This document shows positions 58,571 through 64,000 of a DNA stretch of 64,000 nt, one piece after another. Position 1 is the first letter of the stretch, and each line of letters starts with the position of its first letter. A model generated the notes under the pieces. The model saw nothing but the letters and a program-made list of their open reading frames with translations, did no database searches and had not been told where the DNA came from. Origin of the DNA: Dehalococcoidia bacterium (GTDB taxonomy: Bacteria; Chloroflexota; Dehalococcoidia; Plut-88900). The position numbers were made by a program, and so were the translations under genes. The stretch is taken from the NCBI GenBank assembly GCA_965249275.1, contig CBDFLQ010000007.1, positions 768,001 to 832,000 of the forward strand. Direction: 5' to 3'.

Positions 58571-58879
58571 CTAGCTATCCAATAGGGCGTCCCAGGGATT
58601 GACGAAGGAGCGGATGGAGATGGGTTGGTCCAGCAGGGGCTCGAGGGTCTTGACGGACGCCTCGTGCTGGGGACTCGAGTCCCACTTCTCCCAATCCTCT
58701 AAGGAGTGCCAGGTACTGACGATAATGACGGTGCGGGGGTCTGCAGTGTCGGAGAGGGTCTCGCCGGAAACGTAGCCTGGGAAGGTAGTGGCATGCTCTC
58801 GCATTTCCAGGATTTTATCGGAAGCCTCGGACTCTTGGCCTTCTTTGATGTGTCTTTCGATAAGGACTCGTACTAGCAT
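58571..58879 (-). CDS. Antibiotic biosynthesis monooxygenase (ABM) family
   Basis: PGYVSGETL...STWHSLEDWEKW. Confidence 0.88.
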   Translation of the reverse strand: MLVRVLIERHIKEGQESEASDKILEMREHATTFPGYVSGETLSDTADPRTVIIVSTWHSLEDWEKWDSSPQHEASVKTLEPLLDQPISIRSFVNPWDALLDS

Positions 58880-59039
58880 GATCTCATCTCCCTTCAGCCT
58901 GGGGCCGCTGCCGAAGTCGGAGCGGAATCCGTTCTGCGGGGCCCGTTCGACGGCGGGTTAACGGGGCAATCTGTTGCAGCCGAAAATCGCCGTGGAGCAA
59001 TACTATTATAGCAACTGCGGATGAGCCGCGTTGCAGGAC

Positions 59040-59459
59040 CTAGCCGAACAACCCCTTTTTCTTCCTGCCGAGCTTCGACAGGAAGCCGAACCACTGAGCC
59101 TCAGCCTTTTGCTTACGGTCCAGGTCCTTGATGCGTTGCTTCATGGTATCGATGACCTTTTGGTCCTCGCCCTTGTCGAGCCAGTAGCCGTGCTCTTCCT
59201 TACAGGTGTCGATGGGGAGGTTGTAGGCCCGGTAGTTGAAGGTGGTCATACGGGCGCCGCAGACGGGGCAGTCGATGTCGCTGGCCCGTGGGTTGTACTC
59301 CATCATTCCCTTGAGCTCGTCCTTGTCGAAGGCGGTGTCTTCCAGCTGGTCGAGCTCGACGTGATCTAGCCACAGGCCGTCACAACTGGGACACCGGTCG
59401 ATATCGATGCCCTTGTGCTTTTCCAAGTTGAGGTCTACGGCGCATCTGGGACAGTTCAT
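59040..59459 (-). CDS. Tandem zf-TFIIB zinc-ribbon protein
   Basis: CPRC...IDRCPSCDGLWLD and CPVC...IDTCKEEHGYWLDKGE. Confidence 0.88.
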   Translation of the reverse strand: MNCPRCAVDLNLEKHKGIDIDRCPSCDGLWLDHVELDQLEDTAFDKDELKGMMEYNPRASDIDCPVCGARMTTFNYRAYNLPIDTCKEEHGYWLDKGEDQKVIDTMKQRIKDLDRKQKAEAQWFGFLSKLGRKKKGLFG

Positions 59460-59482
59460 GAATGTCTCTCCGGGGTTCGGGA

Positions 59483-59842
59483 CTATTCTAGGATTTCGGT
59501 TTCCATAGGCGGGTTGATGGATATGTGGGCGAAGGAGGAGTGCTTGGTGGCCCCATGCCAGTGGACCTCTCCCGGTGGGACGTGGATGACCATGCCGGGT
59601 GTCATTACCTGTTCCTCTTCCCGGGTAGCAACGATGCCTTCGCCCTCGGTGGCGAGGAGGACCTGATCGTTGGTGTGGGTGTGGAACTTGGTACGGGCGC
59701 CGGCGGCGAAGTAGACATGGAGCATGCCGAGGGAGTCGGTGTGGTCCTTGCTGATCAAGGGTTGGGTGCGGACCTCACCACCAGTGAATATGGGCATGGA
59801 ACTGATTGCTTTGTCGATTTTGGCAGGGTCGATGACGTTCAT
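59483..59842 (-). CDS. Cupin domain protein
   Basis: FTGGEV, GARTKFHTH, VHWHGAT; start MNVID after GGAGG. Confidence 0.9.
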   Translation of the reverse strand: MNVIDPAKIDKAISSMPIFTGGEVRTQPLISKDHTDSLGMLHVYFAAGARTKFHTHTNDQVLLATEGEGIVATREEEQVMTPGMVIHVPPGEVHWHGATKHSSFAHISINPPMETEILE

Positions 59843-60037
59843 GTTTCCTCCGGTAAGGCAGGAGATGTGGATTAGTTTGATGATAACATACCACAAGCCT
59901 TGATCGTTCTTAGGGCTCTTGAAATTGCTCGACGAGAACTGAGAGAGATGACCCTTTCGATAGGTATCTCTCTACATTGACTTTGAACATGGGGCAGGGA
60001 CAGAATGTCGGGGAATTGGAATTGGGGGTAGTTTGAA

Positions 60038-60253
60038 ATGGTGGGTAAGCAGTCTCGAGGGTATAACGAGAAGCTAACCAGGGAGGACGTGGCCCGGTTA
60101 GCCCAACTCAGGGGCTTGCCGGTTGAAGAGTCGGACCTGGACGAGATCAGATACCGCCTTAACGCGCTCAGCGACGCCCTCGCCGCTCTCGTTGACCCGG
60201 AACTGGACTCGACCGATCCTTTGCCTATTCTGTTGGACAGGGAGGGGGCTTAA
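60038..60253 (+). CDS. GatC/AtzG-like small amidase partner
   Basis: LTREDVARLAQL...LDSTDP; coupled to the amidase gene. Confidence 0.7.
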   Translation: MVGKQSRGYNEKLTREDVARLAQLRGLPVEESDLDEIRYRLNALSDALAALVDPELDSTDPLPILLDREGA

Positions 60254-60254
60254 C

Positions 60255-61673
60255 TTGCCAGGAACTGACTTGATCTATCGGCCGGCGCATGAGCTTGGGT
60301 CGCTGATGCGGGAGCGTAAGTTGTCTCCTGTGGAAGTGGTGGACGCGTATCTAGAGCGCATTGAAGCTATAGACTCAAAGGTGAGGGCGTATATCACTGT
60401 GTGTGGTGACGAGGCTCGTACGCAGGCTCGGGAGGCGGAGGCGGCCATTTCGAAAGGCAACTACATCGGGCCGATGCACGGGATACCGGTGGCGGTGAAG
60501 GACCAGTTCGACACGAACGGCATAAAGACTACGATGGGGTCTCGTATCTTTTCTGAAAACGTGCCGGATGGAGACTCTACGGTGGTCACCAAGCTGCGAG
60601 AGTCGGGGTCTATCCTGCTCGGCAAGCTGAACATGACCGAGTTCGCTTTCGGGGACACGCGAGAGTACGTGTTTGGCACTCCGAGGAATCCGTGGAACCT
60701 GGACAGAAGTCCGGGGATGTCCAGCAGCGGATCGGGGATAGCAGTGGCGGCCGGGATGACAGCGGTGGCCATTGGAGAGGACACGGGGGGCTCGGTTAGA
60801 TATCCGGCTTCCATGTGCGGGATAGTCGGATTGAGGCCAACTACCGGCAGGATAAGCCGGTACCGGGTGTTCCCGATGTGCTGGTCCATGGACATTGCGG
60901 GGCCGATGGCGCGTACGGTCCGGGACTGTGCCGACCTTCTCTCCGTAATAGCGGGGCGCGACCCCCAAGACCCGATGACGAGTCCTCGATCCGTAGATGA
61001 CTACTCATCGGGGTTGGATGCCGGGGTGAAGGGGCTGAAGGTCGGGTTTCTGCCTCAGCTGATTGATATGGACGGGATCGACCCCGACACCCGGGACGCG
61101 GTGAACGCCACGCGGGAGGTGTTCAAGGGGCTGGGGGCGGAGGTGGTCGACATTAATATACCGATGCTGGAACTGGCAGGGCCAATATATATAGCAATAG
61201 GTGACTCCGACGCTGCAGACTCCCATGAGTCTTTGCTGAGGGAACGGCACCGGGACTACGACGTCGCCACTCGTACCCGGCTAATGGCGGCCAGCCTGAT
61301 ACCGGCTTCGTTGTACCATCGGGCGCAGAGGGCGAGGGAGCTGCTGAGACGGCTGCTAATCAAGGCTTTAGGAGAGGTGGACGTGCTGGTCAGTCCGGTG
61401 GTCGCGACTGCTCCCCCGGAGATTAACGAGGTAAAGCGAGTTTTTGTGAGCGAGGCGGACGTCCGGGAGCGGATATTCGGGGCACGGGGCATGACTACCC
61501 CCTACAACCTGGCAGGACTTCCCGCTATTTCAATACCGTGCGGGTTTTCAAGGGACAGACTGCCCATCGGGTTGCAGATTGCGGGGAGAGCTTTCGACGA
61601 GGCAACGGTGTTGAGGGTATCAGCGGCATACGAAGGCGCAACCGACTGGCACAAGCAGGTTCCGCCCATTTAG
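60255..61673 (+). CDS. Amidase signature family (GatA/AtzE-like)
   Basis: VAVKD, GKLNMTEFA, GMSSSGS, GEDTGGSVRYP (K-S-S triad); TTG start. Confidence 0.92.
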   Translation: MPGTDLIYRPAHELGSLMRERKLSPVEVVDAYLERIEAIDSKVRAYITVCGDEARTQAREAEAAISKGNYIGPMHGIPVAVKDQFDTNGIKTTMGSRIFSENVPDGDSTVVTKLRESGSILLGKLNMTEFAFGDTREYVFGTPRNPWNLDRSPGMSSSGSGIAVAAGMTAVAIGEDTGGSVRYPASMCGIVGLRPTTGRISRYRVFPMCWSMDIAGPMARTVRDCADLLSVIAGRDPQDPMTSPRSVDDYSSGLDAGVKGLKVGFLPQLIDMDGIDPDTRDAVNATREVFKGLGAEVVDINIPMLELAGPIYIAIGDSDAADSHESLLRERHRDYDVATRTRLMAASLIPASLYHRAQRARELLRRLLIKALGEVDVLVSPVVATAPPEINEVKRVFVSEADVRERIFGARGMTTPYNLAGLPAISIPCGFSRDRLPIGLQIAGRAFDEATVLRVSAAYEGATDWHKQVPPI

Positions 61674-61692
61674 GCATAACGCGTTGATAAAG

Positions 61693-61730
61693 AAACGGGC
61701 GGGTCAGCCTTGGGCTTGACCCGCCCGTTT
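61693..61730. terminator. Bidirectional terminator between convergent genes
   Basis: AAACGGGCGGGTCA...TGACCCGCCCGTTT. Confidence 0.88.
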
Positions 61731-61747
61731 ACGTTCTGAAGAAAGGC

Positions 61748-62884
61748 TTAGCTGCCGTTGGAGAAACGGTAGAGCTTGGCGGCGGTGTCCCGGATGATCT
61801 TCATTCGCTTGACGTCGTCCTTGAGGCCCTTGAGGTTGTTTTTGATGGTCTCCTGGGAGTCGGGCCAGACGCCGTCTGGGTGGGGGTAGTCGGAACCCCA
61901 CATGACGTTGTCTTCACCAATGAAGTCGATCATGTCTCCGGCGAAGGCTTCCTTTTGGAAGGTGGAATAGCCTTGGCGTCGCCAGTAATCGCTGGGAATC
62001 ATCGAGAGCGAGGCGTCGCCCTCATCCTCGTGGTCCATGCGGTCTAGGACGTAGGGAATCCAGGTAACGCCGCATTCACCAAGGACAAACTTGAGGTTGG
62101 GGAATCGTTCGCAGGCGCCCGAAAGGACCATGCTTGCGAGGATTTCGGCGCCGGAGAGCTGGAACGTAACCATGTTGATGACACGGTGGGTCAACGCGTA
62201 GAGCTCGGCGTCTCCGGGTTCCGGGGGCCTGGGATACAGGCCCGTGGTGTGGAAGGATAAGGAGATTTCGCATTCGGCGGCGGCCTCCCAGAGGACGTCC
62301 CAATCGCTGTAGTACATGGGCTTGACGGCAGTCCCGACACCGAACTCCACGCCTACGAGTCCCATGGCGGCGGCCCTGCGAAGCTCATCAGCGGCGGCCT
62401 GGGGGTCGTGGTTGGGGAGACAGGCGAGACCGCGGAGCCTATCCGGGCGCTTGCTTGTGAAGTCGGCGATCCAATCGTTGTAGACACGATATACGGAGGC
62501 AACGAGCTCCTGGTCTTTTAGTTTGGCGGCAACGGCGAACATGCCGTAGATGACCTCGGCGTCGACGCCGTCCATGTCCTGGTCTTTAATCCTAAGGTCG
62601 AGGTCGGTGGGGTGGTACCGGCCCTCAGCGGCGTCCTGGATGAAGCCGGTTGCGTCCATCTTGTCGACACGGGTCCTCATGCCGGGGTTATAAGTGCCGA
62701 CCTTGCTGAAGTGTCCGACGTCTTCCAGGTAGGTGCCATCGGCCCACCACTGATTGATGCCGTCCCGGGACTCGACCCTGGGGACTCGGTCCGCATACTG
62801 GGATGGGGCCTGGGAGGTAAATAGGTCCCAGGGCAGGTAGCCGAGGTCCACGTGAGAGTCCGCGGAGATTATGTTGTATTGCAT
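61748..62884 (-). CDS. Amidohydrolase_2 family metallohydrolase/decarboxylase
   Basis: ISADSH, DMDGVDAEVIY, YNDW, WGSDYPHPD. Confidence 0.92.
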   Translation of the reverse strand: MQYNIISADSHVDLGYLPWDLFTSQAPSQYADRVPRVESRDGINQWWADGTYLEDVGHFSKVGTYNPGMRTRVDKMDATGFIQDAAEGRYHPTDLDLRIKDQDMDGVDAEVIYGMFAVAAKLKDQELVASVYRVYNDWIADFTSKRPDRLRGLACLPNHDPQAAADELRRAAAMGLVGVEFGVGTAVKPMYYSDWDVLWEAAAECEISLSFHTTGLYPRPPEPGDAELYALTHRVINMVTFQLSGAEILASMVLSGACERFPNLKFVLGECGVTWIPYVLDRMDHEDEGDASLSMIPSDYWRRQGYSTFQKEAFAGDMIDFIGEDNVMWGSDYPHPDGVWPDSQETIKNNLKGLKDDVKRMKIIRDTAAKLYRFSNGS

Positions 62885-62992
62885 TGTCCCCTCCTATGGG
62901 TATGCGCACGCCAGTCTTATTGAGGGGAGGATAGCACCGAGGGGGATTAAGTCAAGGTGGGGGAAAGGGTCCAGAATGACGGAAAAGGAGAG

Positions 62993-63712
62993 TTAGCCGA
63001 AGCCGATGCCTTGCTCTTTTAGGCTGACGAACTTTTTTTCGTCGGGGTGGCCGATGATTACGTGGTCCAGGACGTCTATGCCGAGAAGGTTGCCGGCCTT
63101 GACGAGGTCGGTGGTGACGGCCCTGTCCTGGGAACTGGGGGTCGGGTTACCGGAAGGATGGTTGTGTACGACAACGATGGAGGTGGCGTTGGCCTTTACG
63201 GCAGCCCTGAACACTTCCGAGGCCCTGATCTGGGAGGAATTTACGTTGCCTATGTAGACTTCGTGGACTTCCATGACCCGGTTCTTGGTGTCAAGAAGGA
63301 CTACTTTCAGATGTTCCTGGGTGAATAGGCTCATCTCGTCTCCAAGGATTTCGAAAACATCCTCCGGATTTTCGATGCGCCGCTTGTCCAGTCGTGGGTC
63401 ATTGCGAAGGCGTTGGCCGAGTTCCAGTCCTGCCATAATCTGTGAGGCCTTGGCTTTGCCAATTCCGTCGAGCTGGGTTAGTTCACTGAAGGTGGCTCGG
63501 GCCAGTCCCCGCAACGTGCCATATTTGGAGATAACGCGCTTAGCCATGTCCAGAGCGCTTTCCCGATTGTTGCCGGTGCGCAACAGGATGGCAATTAGCT
63601 CCGCGTGGCCAAGGTTTTGCGCCCCGTAATTCTGGAGCCGCTCTCGAGGCCTTTCGTCCGAGGGCATCTCGGATATGCGAAGGGTGTAACGAGGTTGGGG
63701 TTCTTCCGGCAT
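62993..63712 (-). CDS. radC: RadC (HhH + JAB/MPN domain)
   Basis: ERPRERL, ELIAILLRTG, HNHPSGNPTPS, VLDHVII. Confidence 0.96.
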   Translation of the reverse strand: MPEEPQPRYTLRISEMPSDERPRERLQNYGAQNLGHAELIAILLRTGNNRESALDMAKRVISKYGTLRGLARATFSELTQLDGIGKAKASQIMAGLELGQRLRNDPRLDKRRIENPEDVFEILGDEMSLFTQEHLKVVLLDTKNRVMEVHEVYIGNVNSSQIRASEVFRAAVKANATSIVVVHNHPSGNPTPSSQDRAVTTDLVKAGNLLGIDVLDHVIIGHPDEKKFVSLKEQGIGFG

Positions 63713-63851
63713 TTTAAGGCTTTAGCGTCCCGATAACGCGGGGGCACTTTAAGAAGCCATAGCATGCCTAGATAGTCTTAATGTGTCAACTTTGGATTCC
63801 CGATTTGTCGGGAATGCCAATTATGCAATGGTCTCATAGTAGAAGTCCGGG

Positions 63852-64000
63852 TCAGCTCTTCAGCTTGACCATCTCCGGGTCGTAGAGGGGTTCCCGGGAG
63901 ACGGTGGCGTCAAGAAGCTCGCCAAAGTATTCAATCTGGACCTTTGTCCCTACCTCGGCGTGTTCGATTGGGAGATAGCCGTAGGCGACGCCCCTGCCGA
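63852..64000 (-). CDS. C-terminus of a GcvT-family protein (dimethylglycine/sarcosine dehydrogenase-like), partial
   Basis: Manual translation GRGVAYGYLPIEHAEVGTKVQIEYFGELLDATVSREPLYDPEMVKLKS*. Confidence 0.8.
   Translation of the reverse strand, partial: GRGVAYGYLPIEHAEVGTKVQIEYFGELLDATVSREPLYDPEMVKLKS

Noticed and set aside
779-61500. Long antisense or alternate-frame ORFs (e.g. 779-1738, 3110-4249, 30370-31458, 31741-32739, 39033-39983)
   Set aside because: Shadow ORFs expected from high-GC codon bias opposite well-supported genes.
62993-63712. RadC as the JAMM protease for ThiS, or as a mobile-element marker
   Set aside because: It is the full-length chromosomal HhH+JAB form, 58 kb from thiS, with no adjacent mobile genes; no evidence of a link.

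Overview
This is a GC-rich bacterial chromosome segment, probably Chloroflexota/Dehalococcoidia of the SAR202 type. That assignment is an inference from cofG/cofH, four luciferase-like monooxygenases, paired class III CoA-transferases and many amidohydrolase paralogs. Most of the window is catabolic and cofactor genes: a TPP-riboswitch thiG-thiO-thiS-thiO operon, FO synthase, a Co-type nitrile hydratase, tandem ureohydrolases, an amidase, a proline racemase, and dispersed housekeeping genes (mnmE, dnaN, dnaJ, radC). The most notable signals are non-coding. (1) Two NYN (PIN-like) RNase genes each follow a sigma70 promoter, a short structured RNA and a terminator hairpin, which is a type III toxin-antitoxin-like layout; at the second locus that cassette is tandemly duplicated (166 bp). 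(2) An unassigned ~430-nt element (36601-37028) has a long closing helix, many internal stems and 8-9 bp pseudoknots, and lies downstream of a promoter with a LexA-like box. (3) A candidate oriC with degenerate DnaA boxes lies at ~21.4-21.7 kb. Several low-GC single-gene inserts (PD-(D/E)xK-like nucleases, a DUF5678 + aspartyl protease pair) interrupt operons. All calls come from reading the sequence by eye; no searches or folding programs were run.
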